Virus record (IMG/VR): IMGVR_UViG_3300020577_004340 | Span: 59,976-123,975 of that record | DNA: 64,000 nt | Strand: one strand, 5' to 3' | Origin: a virus | Lineage: Duplodnaviria > Caudoviricetes | Shown here: positions 39,546-50,010 of the stretch, piece after piece | Layout: each line of letters begins with the position of its first letter | Numbering within the stretch: the stretch's first letter is position 1 | Program-made: the position numbers and the translations under genes | Notes under the pieces: model-generated | The model's database searches: none | What the model saw: only the letters and a program-made list of their open reading frames with translations | Told to the model about the DNA's origin: nothing

Positions 39546-39627
39546 ATACTGTAATATTTGTAGTAATAATGGTAGTGTTATTTGTATATTTAACATTTAA
39601 TTCAAACGATTATAAACATTAAAATAT

Positions 39628-40986
39628 ATGGCAAAAATTAAATTAGAATTGATTCCAGGGTCGACAAATTATGGTGCGGTGCCTGTTCGTATTGCACAAG
39701 TATATCCAATACCTGGCGCCGACAATATTGTTAGAACTGTTATTGAAGGTAATGACGTTATTATCGGAAAAAATGATATAGTTGTAGGTGATAAAGTATT
39801 ATATTTTCGTTCAGGTACTCGTTTATCTGAAGAATATTGTAAATATAATAATCTGTATGATACACCAGAAAATAATGCAGATGCAACAAAACGTGCTGGT
39901 TATATTTCTTTTAGAAAAAGAAGAGTTAAAGCAATTAAACTTAAAGGGATAATTTCTGATGGTATGGTCATGCCAATTAGTTCACTATTACTGTTACCAT
40001 CATTGAAAAATGTGTCAAGTATTTCGGAAATTTTTGATATTACTACTGATTTTAATACTATTAACGATGTATTGATTTGTGATAAATATATTATAGAGCC
40101 CCCTACTCAATCAACATCAATAAAAACAATTTCAGAGAGGAACAGCAATAATAAAAAATTGAAGGGTATATTGGTGGATAACCAATTTAAATTCCATTTT
40201 GAAACTAGTCACTTCGGAAAGAATATTTTTAAAATCAATCCAAATGACCGGTTAATTATTACTGAAAAATTTCATGGTTCGTCTGTCATATTATCTAGAG
40301 TAAAGACACATCGTCAATTGACATTTTCCGAGAGAACTTTAGGTAAATTTTTTAAAATGAATATCCTAGATACTGAATATAGGGGGATATGGTCATCAGG
40401 TAAACCAAAAAACAATTTGCCAAAAGGGATTGAAAATTTCTGGGAAACGACGAATAAAAGTTATTATAAAACGGATATTTGGAAAAGATGTTGGGAAGAT
40501 TATTCATATGCTGTTGAACCAGGAATTACTATCTACGGTGAGGTATGTAATGCCCAAATTCAAAAAGGATATGATTATAGTAAATACACACATCCGAATC
40601 CAACCCACCCACAATATTATGTTTTTGTAGTGTACAGAATTACTAGAACAAATGATGTGGGTATCACTGATGAATTTACATGGGATAAGGTAGAACAATA
40701 TTGTCAAAAATATGATTTATTGACTGTCCCTGTTTTATTTGTTGGCACTCCATTAGAATTGATGCCACATGAAACTAATATGGATGCATTGTTGGAATTC
40801 CTCCAAATAAAATATTTAGAAAAACCACAATGTAATTATTGTACTAATAAAGTCCCGAACGAAGGAATTTGTATTAGAAGAGATTCTCCTAATATGGACA
40901 TCTGGAAATTGAAAAGTAAATTATTTATTAAACGAGAAAATGACGAAATCGATGCGGGAATTACCAATGTTGAAGACGAACAGTAA
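39628..40986 (+). CDS. ATP-dependent RNA ligase (Rnl2/DRB0094-like) with N-terminal OB domain
   Basis: PIPGADNI, KLKGIISDG, motif I TEKFHGSS, IYGE, EGICIR, KLKS. Confidence 0.82.
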   Translation: MAKIKLELIPGSTNYGAVPVRIAQVYPIPGADNIVRTVIEGNDVIIGKNDIVVGDKVLYFRSGTRLSEEYCKYNNLYDTPENNADATKRAGYISFRKRRVKAIKLKGIISDGMVMPISSLLLLPSLKNVSSISEIFDITTDFNTINDVLICDKYIIEPPTQSTSIKTISERNSNNKKLKGILVDNQFKFHFETSHFGKNIFKINPNDRLIITEKFHGSSVILSRVKTHRQLTFSERTLGKFFKMNILDTEYRGIWSSGKPKNNLPKGIENFWETTNKSYYKTDIWKRCWEDYSYAVEPGITIYGEVCNAQIQKGYDYSKYTHPNPTHPQYYVFVVYRITRTNDVGITDEFTWDKVEQYCQKYDLLTVPVLFVGTPLELMPHETNMDALLEFLQIKYLEKPQCNYCTNKVPNEGICIRRDSPNMDIWKLKSKLFIKRENDEIDAGITNVEDEQ

Positions 40987-41299
40987 ATTATATGATGCAG
41001 TTTTAGAATTTCTAGAATCTGAATTAGGAGATTATACATATAGATGTACTTATACATTTATATCATCAGCCGAGACAACGAATTATATTGAATTTAGGTT
41101 TAAACATGATTTTCATTCTAATTATGGAACATGTGTCATTGATATGGGATTTTCATTAATGAGTAATATAGAAGGTGCAGCAGATGGGGAGGATGTTTTA
41201 ATGTTAGAATTTGGAGATGATATTTGGCACGAAATAGCATATTATGATGAATCTGTTAAATATTTTTGGATGAGGTTATTAGCAATTTAATTAACAAAT

Positions 41300-42109
41300 A
41301 TGAATATTTTTATTACAAAAGAAGAACATGACTATCTTCAAGAACATCTACTTGACACAACTATTTTAATAGGGTCAAAAATGTATGGTACTGATGATGA
41401 AGAGTCTGATACTGATTATTTATGTATAATTAAACCTATATTAAATACAGTATTAACTGAATGGTATAATTGTCTTCCAAATATACATCAATTCCAATAT
41501 AAAGATTTGGAGAATAAAATAGACTATATCTATACAACCGAATTACAATTTTATAAAAATATGTATTCTGGTGATAGTACTATCAATACCGATGTATGTA
41601 TATATCACAATAAAATACCAATTAGAAATATACGAACATATAAAATAATAAAATCGTATTTGGGATTTGCGAAACGAGACATTAAATTTTTAAAGAAAGA
41701 CAAAGCGAAGTTATTACAAAATAAGACACACCATGAATTAATCAGTCGAGTATCACATATTAACCGTGGTTTGTATAATGCTAATTGTTTATTGAGTAAT
41801 ATACGTCCTGATTTAGTTTACAATAAGAAGTTTACTGTAAACCTAAGAAATGATATTTCTACATTACAATCACCCGGAGATATAATAGATTATATTGATA
41901 CTTATCTTACAAAAGCTTCTACATGGGAAGGAAATATGCGTACAGATAAAGAATTGAATCCAAATACTATACCTATGTATCCAGATTTTACTGAGAATAT
42001 AAATTTATATAAGTTGCCACCTGAGGATGATTACGATAATCTTAATATTCGTATGTCTCTTGCTCAAAAATTATTGGCTTCGAATAATATTCTTGAATTT
42101 AAATATTAA
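41300..42109 (+). CDS. Pol-beta-superfamily nucleotidyltransferase
   Basis: IGSKMYGT...SDTDY. Confidence 0.7.
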   Translation: MNIFITKEEHDYLQEHLLDTTILIGSKMYGTDDEESDTDYLCIIKPILNTVLTEWYNCLPNIHQFQYKDLENKIDYIYTTELQFYKNMYSGDSTINTDVCIYHNKIPIRNIRTYKIIKSYLGFAKRDIKFLKKDKAKLLQNKTHHELISRVSHINRGLYNANCLLSNIRPDLVYNKKFTVNLRNDISTLQSPGDIIDYIDTYLTKASTWEGNMRTDKELNPNTIPMYPDFTENINLYKLPPEDDYDNLNIRMSLAQKLLASNNILEFKY

Positions 42110-42113
42110 AAAA

Positions 42114-42146
42114 TTTGGAAATACGGTTAAAACTATATTATATTTG
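42114..42146 (+). promoter_or_regulatory. Bacteroidota sigma70-type promoter
   Basis: TTTG-N21-TATATTTG. Confidence 0.75.
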
Positions 42147-42287
42147 TAGTATAAATTTTAACAATATGAAAAAAGTATTTTTTAACATTGTAATAACAAT
42201 ATTATTATTTTTTAATTTATTGTTTTTGGTGTGTATCAAAAATAATTTAGACATTGATTTAGTGTTGGAATATTTAAACTTTAAATT

Positions 42288-42827
42288 ATGGAAACAAATA
42301 GATATGCTATTTTAACTGTTGGTATTTCAGGGTCAGGGAAAACAACATGGGCAAAAAATTTAATCAATCATATTGAAACTCCTGGATTCCTTAAGGATAG
42401 AGATTTTGTTCGTGTTAATTATGATGATATACGCAAAACATTAGTTGGAGATTTAATAGAACCTGATTATTATTCTAGGCCAAATCGTCAGGATTTAGAA
42501 AGTATTGTATTTACAACGGCAGATAGTATGCTTGGGACTATTGGATTAATGCGTAGAAATTTAATACCTATATTTGATAACACAAATTTGAGAATTAAAT
42601 ATGTTACTAAATTAATCAATCAATTAGAACAATATGATTACAATGTATTGTTTAAGTTTTTTCCAGTGAAACCAGGTGTTGCTGTCAATCGAGTATATCA
42701 TAGAGATTTTGAAGAAGTAGAAAATAATTCAGAACGAACTGATTATATTAGTAAGCAATATCAACAATATTTAACCTTTCGGAAAGATTTCGATACACAT
42801 TTTAAAAATTATTTTATTATAGAGTAA
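42288..42827 (+). CDS. Polynucleotide kinase-like P-loop kinase
   Basis: GISGSGKTTW, NYDDIR, DNTNL. Confidence 0.8.
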   Translation: METNRYAILTVGISGSGKTTWAKNLINHIETPGFLKDRDFVRVNYDDIRKTLVGDLIEPDYYSRPNRQDLESIVFTTADSMLGTIGLMRRNLIPIFDNTNLRIKYVTKLINQLEQYDYNVLFKFFPVKPGVAVNRVYHRDFEEVENNSERTDYISKQYQQYLTFRKDFDTHFKNYFIIE

Positions 42828-42828
42828 C

Positions 42829-43518
42829 ATGAATAGAATTTTTTTCACATCAGATACACATTATGGCCACAAAAATATTTGTAGAGGAGTTTCTACGTGG
42901 CCTGATATACATTCAACACGAGATTTTAATACGGTTGAAGAGATGAATCAAACAATAATTGATTCTATTAATAAATATGTAGGAGAAGACGATGTGATGT
43001 ATCATTTAGGTGATTGGTCATTCGGTGGAATTGATAATATATGGGAATTCCGAAAACAAATTAAATGTAAAAATGTGCATTTAATACTAGGAAATCACGA
43101 CCAACACATTGCAAAAAACAAAAAAATGCGGAATGTTTTTATTCAATTTAATTCAGGTAGAATTGTTGATATAGAAAATAGTACAAGTGATTGGGATGAA
43201 GTGGCAGAAGCCCAAGATTTATTTACAAGTGTTAATCAAGTACTTAATGTTAAAATAAACTCACAACCGAAATGTGAAGTATTTTTAAGTCACTATTCAC
43301 ATAGAGTTTGGGATAGGAGCCACAAAGGTGTGATACATTTATATGGGCATTCACACAATTCAATTGATAATAATTATGGGAAGAGTATGGATGTGGGCAT
43401 GGATGCCATATACGCCCTAAAAGGAGAATACAGACCAATTTCCATTGAAGAAATATTGGATATTATGAAAGATAGAGATGTAAAATTAGTCGATCATCAT
43501 TCTCCTGATACTAATTGA
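42829..43518 (+). CDS. Calcineurin-like metallophosphoesterase
   Basis: SDTHYGH, LGD, GNHD, HY, GHSH, DVG. Confidence 0.88.
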   Translation: MNRIFFTSDTHYGHKNICRGVSTWPDIHSTRDFNTVEEMNQTIIDSINKYVGEDDVMYHLGDWSFGGIDNIWEFRKQIKCKNVHLILGNHDQHIAKNKKMRNVFIQFNSGRIVDIENSTSDWDEVAEAQDLFTSVNQVLNVKINSQPKCEVFLSHYSHRVWDRSHKGVIHLYGHSHNSIDNNYGKSMDVGMDAIYALKGEYRPISIEEILDIMKDRDVKLVDHHSPDTN

Positions 43519-43551
43519 TAGGATAAGTGTTGACATATTTTTAATTGTTTT

Positions 43552-43660
43552 GTGTGGTGGTGTGTGGTTAAAACAGTCCAACAGGCTAGTAGACAAGTAC
43601 TACAAAGGTAAGTGCCTAAAACTTATATACCACGGTTATAACCGGATTGTGCCACCACAT
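43552..43660 (+). other. Candidate structured RNA / cis-regulatory element
   Basis: GC-enriched intergenic block with closing stem GTGTGGTGG/CCACCACAT and several internal stems, followed by a T-run. Confidence 0.45.
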
Positions 43661-43693
43661 TTTTAAAAAATTATTATATAAATTTAAATTATT

Positions 43694-44404
43694 ATGAGAA
43701 AATTAACATTGAACAATTTTTTATTTTTGTTTGTATTGGGATTCCCAATATTGATAGCAAGTACGTACAATCCAGAAAAGCAAACAAAGGACAAAGTGAC
43801 TGTTATCAATAAAAGAATTACAAGTAAAATTCCAATCAATGTAATACATTATTATAATTATAATGAGTTGAGTGATTGGAATCAACTTCGTTACAATTTA
43901 GCTCAAGGCATTAAGAAAACACATGGAACAACAGATTTTGCTTTACTGTATGACAATTATGCAAAGGTATTGCATTGTGAAAGTGATAACTGGAAAAATT
44001 CTAGAAATCCAAAATCTTCAGCATCTGGGTTGTTCCAATGTATGAAAGATACTTATCGTGATATGCGGACATCAAATATTAATAATAGTTTATTTAAGAC
44101 CACAAATTTCACTAAATTTCGGAGTTTGCCTTTAAAAGAACAAGCACGGTATTTTGAGTATTATTTAAAATTATATCCTGAAAAGGTTGCTAAATTGCAT
44201 AGTAAATTAGATAGGCAAACTCGTCAGGTATATGCATATTTAATGATATTAAAACCAGCAGCGGTTGGGAAGAATTGGAATGCGCCGGTATTTGTTGAGG
44301 GGCAATTTGATTATAAACCCAACAAAGGAATTCCACATAAAGGTGGTATAATTAAAGTATCAGACATATATACTTTCTGTATTAATAAATTTAATAACCA
44401 ATGA
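43694..44404 (+). CDS. Lytic transglycosylase-like (SLT/lysozyme fold) protein with N-terminal membrane segment
   Basis: CES...NPKSSASGLFQ motif. Confidence 0.65.
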   Translation: MRKLTLNNFLFLFVLGFPILIASTYNPEKQTKDKVTVINKRITSKIPINVIHYYNYNELSDWNQLRYNLAQGIKKTHGTTDFALLYDNYAKVLHCESDNWKNSRNPKSSASGLFQCMKDTYRDMRTSNINNSLFKTTNFTKFRSLPLKEQARYFEYYLKLYPEKVAKLHSKLDRQTRQVYAYLMILKPAAVGKNWNAPVFVEGQFDYKPNKGIPHKGGIIKVSDIYTFCINKFNNQ

Positions 44405-45076
44405 CAATGATATTTAATATTTTTATTGCATTGTATTGTATAATGTGTATTATCTTTGTATATTATATGTATAAAATAATCAACTTTACAATACAATCGA
44501 TATGTAAATTTATTGTATCTATGTTAACTTATCCGTATAAATAATGAATAACAAAATTACGTACTCTTCCTTACTGGAATTTTTAAAGCAATATGATATA
44601 CCATACCGAACTGTTAAACCTGATTGGGATGACACGGAAATAGAATTTACATTGCCTAATGGAGTTGAATGTACTGCTATGACGGTATGTTGCAACGAAC
44701 CTGTAACAAACATTACTGTTGGAGCATTTGATGAATGCATTTTAATTGAAACTCTTAATGAGTTATCAAGCTTCATAACCAAAGATTATAATTCTATTAT
44801 ACATGAACTAGCAGCATCAGATCCGGAATTTCCAATTGAAGACTATTTAATTGAAGATTCTTATAGCAATCCGAAAGCTTTTAAAAAAATGTATTATATC
44901 GATGGTGGGCCTAATGACAGAGGAAAGGTGATAGATTACAAAGTAATAGAAGGTGATGACCCTACACCAATAAATGATAACGGTTTCGAAGTGTGGGAAA
45001 GTATAACTATGGATGAATATTATAGGGCTAAGAAAGAAGCCCAGAAACAAATTGACATGTTTAAATATTAAATTAT

Positions 45077-46030
45077 ATGTTGTTTTACATAATTCGTAAT
45101 AATCAAATAGAAACTACCTTTTCTGTTAAAAGATTAGGATTTTCAGATACACACTTCAGAAATCAGTATCCCCTGTATTATAATGGGGTAATTCCTATAT
45201 TAAGAACTTGTTTTAGTTTAGGAGATTGGGGTATATTATCAGGATTGCCTAGGGCTCTTAATACACTGCATCCACAGGCATCAATTGCTATACCAAGCCC
45301 GCAATGGGCTGAAAAAGTATTTTCCAATTTTTATGAACCTAGTTCTATATGGAATAATTGTTGGGAAAACATAAATGTAATTTTTGCTAACAATCCATTT
45401 ATTCATGTAATATTCAATGACCAGAATTCATTTAATTATACTGAATTGCCACATGACCATTACAGAGTGTTTAAAGAAGATTGTGAGGTAGAAGAACCAT
45501 TAGCCAATCAAATGTTCAGATTTTTAGGAGGTGACCCAACTAAATTCGATTTACGCCCAGAATTATACTTTACTCCCGAGGAAGTAACTATTGGAGACGC
45601 AATATTAAGAAAATTAAATATAAATGTTTTTGGTACATTATTATTGGCGTCATCGTTTAAATTCGACTCAAGTTCAAATGGTCAATGGCCAGAAAAATAT
45701 GAACTTCCATTAATGGATTTGGTTGAAAGATATTTAGATACGTATCCAGATATGAAATTCTTGTATTACAGTGATTTCGATATATCGGATACAAAATGGA
45801 ATATATTTAATAAATCACGTGGAGTTAAACTAATTGATATTAAGAAATTGGATATTCCTATTAGAATTCAATTATATTTAAAAACGCAGGCAATTGTTAA
45901 TATTGGATATCAATCTGGAATGAATGATTCTGTAGGGTCTAGATATGCTGATATGTTTACCGTATCGCCATATTCCCCAAAAGAACTTGGGTCAAACCGT
46001 ATTGATAAAGTTAATTATATATTTGTTTAG
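45077..46030 (+). CDS. GT9-like glycosyltransferase
   Basis: SLGDW...LPRAL, FANNPFI, PELYFT, IGYQSG. Confidence 0.5.
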   Translation: MLFYIIRNNQIETTFSVKRLGFSDTHFRNQYPLYYNGVIPILRTCFSLGDWGILSGLPRALNTLHPQASIAIPSPQWAEKVFSNFYEPSSIWNNCWENINVIFANNPFIHVIFNDQNSFNYTELPHDHYRVFKEDCEVEEPLANQMFRFLGGDPTKFDLRPELYFTPEEVTIGDAILRKLNINVFGTLLLASSFKFDSSSNGQWPEKYELPLMDLVERYLDTYPDMKFLYYSDFDISDTKWNIFNKSRGVKLIDIKKLDIPIRIQLYLKTQAIVNIGYQSGMNDSVGSRYADMFTVSPYSPKELGSNRIDKVNYIFV

Positions 46031-46477
46031 GCGTGGTATATACTAATATCTTTTATAGTGTTAGTATTACATCAACCATATAAGATAAGTGTTTAGAATT
46101 AAAATAAAACAGTAAATTATTTAATTATGTTAATGAAGAAAATTTTATCTGATAATTCCAATTTACCACCATTCGAAACGGTTGTGTTATTAGGGGCAAT
46201 TAAATCAAAAATAACAAATTCCGATGGTACCGTTATTGAACATGGTGTAGTTATTACTGGTAAATTAACGGCTGTAACTAAAGATGGCCCTATTTGGGAT
46301 ATAGACAATTCACACACATTGAGTAACTTTGATCTTACCAATATATTTTCTACATTTAATTCTGCTTCACTTTTTACTGAATTTGGAACAAAATTTAAAC
46401 CAACTCATTACATGGATTTAACTGATTTAAAATTTGAACCGTGAATATAATTATATTAACAATTTCAGAGTTAAAAA

Positions 46478-47035
46478 ATGAAAATTAAAAAATTATATAA
46501 TTTATTCCGAGAGGTGCGATTAGATGAGCGTTATATCAATTTATTTAAAGATGATTTACACCAATATATTGATATTATTTGGGACATGCTTCAAAAGGCA
46601 TATAAAGATTTAGATGGTGGATTTGCAACTGCGACAACACCTGAAGAATTAATTAATAAAACTTGGTTGACTAAGTGTGTCAGACGAGATGGAAAAATAG
46701 TAGCATGTAGATTATATTCCGATAAATTCGGGAGAAAATCAATTGCTGGGGCAACTGATGGTACGGCCGTCGGAAAGGCTGCATTCTATAAATTAATTGA
46801 AGAAGACATAGCACAAGGCAGAGCTTGGGGTGAAGTATCTGATAAAATGGAACATGTGATAATTAAACGTGGTGGCACACCGATACCTAACATATACGCA
46901 AGTAAATTGACTAAGAAAGATATATTACAATACAATCCGGATGGATATCATTATACAAGGCTGATTAATGGAGCCCCTCATGAAAAAATAATTTTTGCAT
47001 ATGAGGGATTTATTTCTGATAAAAATTTGGATTGA
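46478..47035 (+). CDS. Hypothetical protein
   Basis: 185-aa ORF. Confidence 0.55.
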   Translation: MKIKKLYNLFREVRLDERYINLFKDDLHQYIDIIWDMLQKAYKDLDGGFATATTPEELINKTWLTKCVRRDGKIVACRLYSDKFGRKSIAGATDGTAVGKAAFYKLIEEDIAQGRAWGEVSDKMEHVIIKRGGTPIPNIYASKLTKKDILQYNPDGYHYTRLINGAPHEKIIFAYEGFISDKNLD

Positions 47036-47057
47036 TGGTATATTAGTTGTATATTTG
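47026..47057 (+). promoter_or_regulatory. Bacteroidota sigma70-type promoter
   Basis: TTTG-N20-TATATTTG. Confidence 0.75.
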
Positions 47058-47087
47058 TGTATTGTTAATGAATAAAATTAAAAATAT

Positions 47088-47669
47088 ATGATATTATACA
47101 TTTCAGGACTAACTTCAAATAAAAAAGAATACATTCATAATATTTTACATGAAGAATTTCCAGGAGAATTAATAGAATGTAAATGGTTGGTACCACCAAT
47201 TAATGTTTTGGCATATTATAATGATATAAGAACTATATTGGAAACCTCCACTGAAGAAATTTATGTAGTTGCCCATTCAATGGGAGCATTTATGATTTTA
47301 TCGTTATACCCTGAATTTAAACATAAAATTTCTGGAATACATTTAATTAATCCTTTAATAGACATTGATAAAGAATATTGGCTAGCTGCTGATGATACAA
47401 TATCTATTGAAGAATATCAAAATTTAAAGACATTACGTCAACCAATGTCTTTGATTGGTGATAACAATATATTGCCAATTGTAATTTATCAAGGAAATTT
47501 TGATGAACGAATAGAAAAAAATCAAAACAAATATTTTGCATTGAAAACTAAATCAAGATATTATGAGACTAGTTCCTATCATCGTTTTACTACCAATGAA
47601 TTTTCATATGTTATACATTTAGCTAAGGCATATATATTGTTGCCGTCATTAAATTTAAATTTAATATAA
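47088..47669 (+). CDS. Alpha/beta hydrolase (YqiA-like)
   Basis: ILYISG, AHSMG nucleophile elbow, LINP, DE, HRF. Confidence 0.7.
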   Translation: MILYISGLTSNKKEYIHNILHEEFPGELIECKWLVPPINVLAYYNDIRTILETSTEEIYVVAHSMGAFMILSLYPEFKHKISGIHLINPLIDIDKEYWLAADDTISIEEYQNLKTLRQPMSLIGDNNILPIVIYQGNFDERIEKNQNKYFALKTKSRYYETSSYHRFTTNEFSYVIHLAKAYILLPSLNLNLI

Positions 47670-47670
47670 A

Positions 47671-48357
47671 ATGGAAAAATATAATGTTATTGGCGACCCA
47701 GATGAATTACAAAAATTTATTGATTGGTTGCCTGTTTTAGAACCCAATGAAAAATATTATTTATGTTTGTTTGCAAGAAATAAATACTGTAAACAATTAA
47801 CCCATATCAAAACAGATAAAGCCCAATTGAAACGATTCGTTTCCGACAAGGAACGAATGTATAATAAAATTAAACAATTGGAAACAGAATATGGGAATTA
47901 TACACAACGAGATTTGGTAGTTCCACAAGAAGCAATTGCTTTGTACATAACAGTCAATCCAAGAAATATGTATAACGCTACGGTTAATACAATGGTTAAA
48001 CTAGCTCAGAGTATTCGAGACCAAAATGTATCAATGAATCCACATCAAGAGGCATTGAGTGAAATTCAGAAAGCTAAATCCCGAACATTGGTTGTTGATT
48101 TTGATGTCGATGATAAGAATTTATCAGTTGAAGAGTTAAAAATTGCATGTTATAGAGTGTGTGGTAGTGCTGATATTACATTTTTGGAAACACGAGGTGG
48201 ATATCACGTATTGGTTCACGTAAATACTATACCAGCACACTTGAAGGGAGTTTGGTATAATAATTTACAAACTGTACTGAAGCCTGATCAGCAGGGTGAT
48301 TTAATGATACCGGTACCAGGGTGTTTTCAAGGGGGGTATATTCCTAAATTTGTTTAA
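47671..48357 (+). CDS. AEP-superfamily-like protein
   Basis: VVDFDVD, ETRGGYHVLV, GDLMIPVPG. Confidence 0.45.
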   Translation: MEKYNVIGDPDELQKFIDWLPVLEPNEKYYLCLFARNKYCKQLTHIKTDKAQLKRFVSDKERMYNKIKQLETEYGNYTQRDLVVPQEAIALYITVNPRNMYNATVNTMVKLAQSIRDQNVSMNPHQEALSEIQKAKSRTLVVDFDVDDKNLSVEELKIACYRVCGSADITFLETRGGYHVLVHVNTIPAHLKGVWYNNLQTVLKPDQQGDLMIPVPGCFQGGYIPKFV

Positions 48358-48366
48358 TTTTATATT

Positions 48367-48993
48367 ATGTGTGTAAAACAAAGAAAATATGACCACAAGT
48401 CATATGCAATTAAATATATCAACCAATATTTTGGATTAAAGTGTTCAGCTGAAATGCAAGAACTCAGGTTATTTCCAAATTTGAAGGAGATACAAGAATC
48501 ATTTTCAATAATTAATAACGTACAGAATTACTGTATGAAAACGGATACTAATATTGATTTCAAGAATCCAAATATCAATGTATATGTTATAGGTGATGGT
48601 GTTACCCCTAGGACGGCGGCAGTTTTCAATTTTCTAACTAAATGGAAAACATTTTCAATCGACCCATTAATGAGAATTGAAAATGATTATTCAACCATAC
48701 AGAATTTAAATGTCTTTAAAGGAAAGGCGGAAGATGTATTTGTTGATAATCCAGATATAGTTGAACAGAAGGATTATATTTTTATTATTCTACCACATTC
48801 TCATATTGAGAACACGAATTCAATATATCGATATTTTAAAAATCAAAAGACGTGGATAATCAATTTGCCATGTTGTAAACCTAACCAAGACAATACGTTA
48901 CCTATTGAGTCCTGGATTGGGATAAAGGATAGATATATTAATTCTGACAAAAATATTTTAAAAATTTATAATAATTATTTGGATATACTGTAA
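48367..48993 (+). CDS. Possible SAM-dependent methyltransferase-fold protein
   Basis: VYVIGDG..PRTA, SIDP, LPCC. Confidence 0.35.
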   Translation: MCVKQRKYDHKSYAIKYINQYFGLKCSAEMQELRLFPNLKEIQESFSIINNVQNYCMKTDTNIDFKNPNINVYVIGDGVTPRTAAVFNFLTKWKTFSIDPLMRIENDYSTIQNLNVFKGKAEDVFVDNPDIVEQKDYIFIILPHSHIENTNSIYRYFKNQKTWIINLPCCKPNQDNTLPIESWIGIKDRYINSDKNILKIYNNYLDIL

Positions 48994-49009
48994 TTTTATT
49001 GTATATTTG
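48978..49009 (+). promoter_or_regulatory. Bacteroidota sigma70-type promoter
   Basis: TTTG-N20-TATATTTG. Confidence 0.7.
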
Positions 49010-49313
49010 TACTTTAAATTGTACATAGATACAAAGCAGTATTGCGTTTAACTTTAAATTTTATGAAACATGAGAACAGTTTAGATTATTTCAGAAAAAA
49101 TGCTATTAATGCTCAAATGATTACAGGTGGGTTCAACAATAGCTCAATCCCTTATTTTATGATTAGACATGGGTTAGCGGTCAATCCAATACCGCCAAAG
49201 TGTTTAGGGCAATTATTTAAACCATAAATTTATAATTCTTTCAAATTTGAATTAAATTATTTATTAATAACAAACGTTGGTTTAGATAATATAAGATACA
49301 GGAGATTGTCGAC

Positions 49314-49441
49314 AAAAAGGTATTATACCAACATATAAAAAATAAAAAGTATAGATATAATAATTTTATTTAAAAATAACATTATTCGTAACATACACAA
49401 AATACTTAATTTTTAAAAATGTTGTTGTATAATACCTTTTT
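49314..49441. repeat. Long imperfect inverted repeat abutting the IS left end
   Basis: AAAAAGGTATTATACCAACAT ... ATGTTGTTGTATAATACCTTTTT. Confidence 0.7.
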
Positions 49442-49496
49442 TATAAAACGGAGCGTAAAACCCACTGATGCCGTAGGCTCGGTGGGATGTAAGCGA

Positions 49497-49898
49497 CTAA
49501 CCCTGATTGAGAATATACTCACGAATTGTATCGGGAGACGCTTCACCTATTGAACAAACGAAATACCCATCACTCCATAAGAGACGCTGATACCAATAAT
49601 ATTGATGTAAAGTGGTAGAATGTAATAGCCATAATTGACGAGTAGATTCTTGTTTTAACCTACGAGCAATTTGAGAAATAGACAAACGAGGAATATAACG
49701 GATAAGAAAATGAATATGATTAACGTCTGATTCAAACACCTCTATTTCAAAATCCGAACCATTTGCAATAGACGTAAAAATATCTTTTAAATCATCATTT
49801 AACTGACCAACTAAGATGTTTCTACGATACTTAGTAACTAAGATTAAATGGCATTTTAAATAGTGCTTTGAACGATTTGTACTGATGTAGTGAGACAT
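49497..49898 (-). CDS. tnpA: IS200/IS605 Y1 HUH transposase
   Basis: HLILVTKYR, NHIHFL, LWSDGYF, YILNQ. Confidence 0.95.
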   Translation of the reverse strand: MSHYISTNRSKHYLKCHLILVTKYRRNILVGQLNDDLKDIFTSIANGSDFEIEVFESDVNHIHFLIRYIPRLSISQIARRLKQESTRQLWLLHSTTLHQYYWYQRLLWSDGYFVCSIGEASPDTIREYILNQG

Positions 49899-50010
49899 AT
49901 TGTGAAAGTTTTTTACCCGAAGACGGAAACTTTCACAATATGTTGAACGGTATGATATGACAAATTTACATAAAACACTATTTTGGCATAAATTTTGATG
50001 TATAATAAGT

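Noticed and set aside
42115-42315. TTG-started ORFs at 42115 and 55155
   Set aside because: The TTG is part of the promoter -33 TTTG box; true starts lie downstream
43570-43650. c-di-GMP-I riboswitch, twister ribozyme or tRNA
   Set aside because: Only scattered words resemble these (CAGGC, CAAAG, GCCTAAA, terminal CCA); required stems and loops are not matched, so it is kept as an unassigned structure
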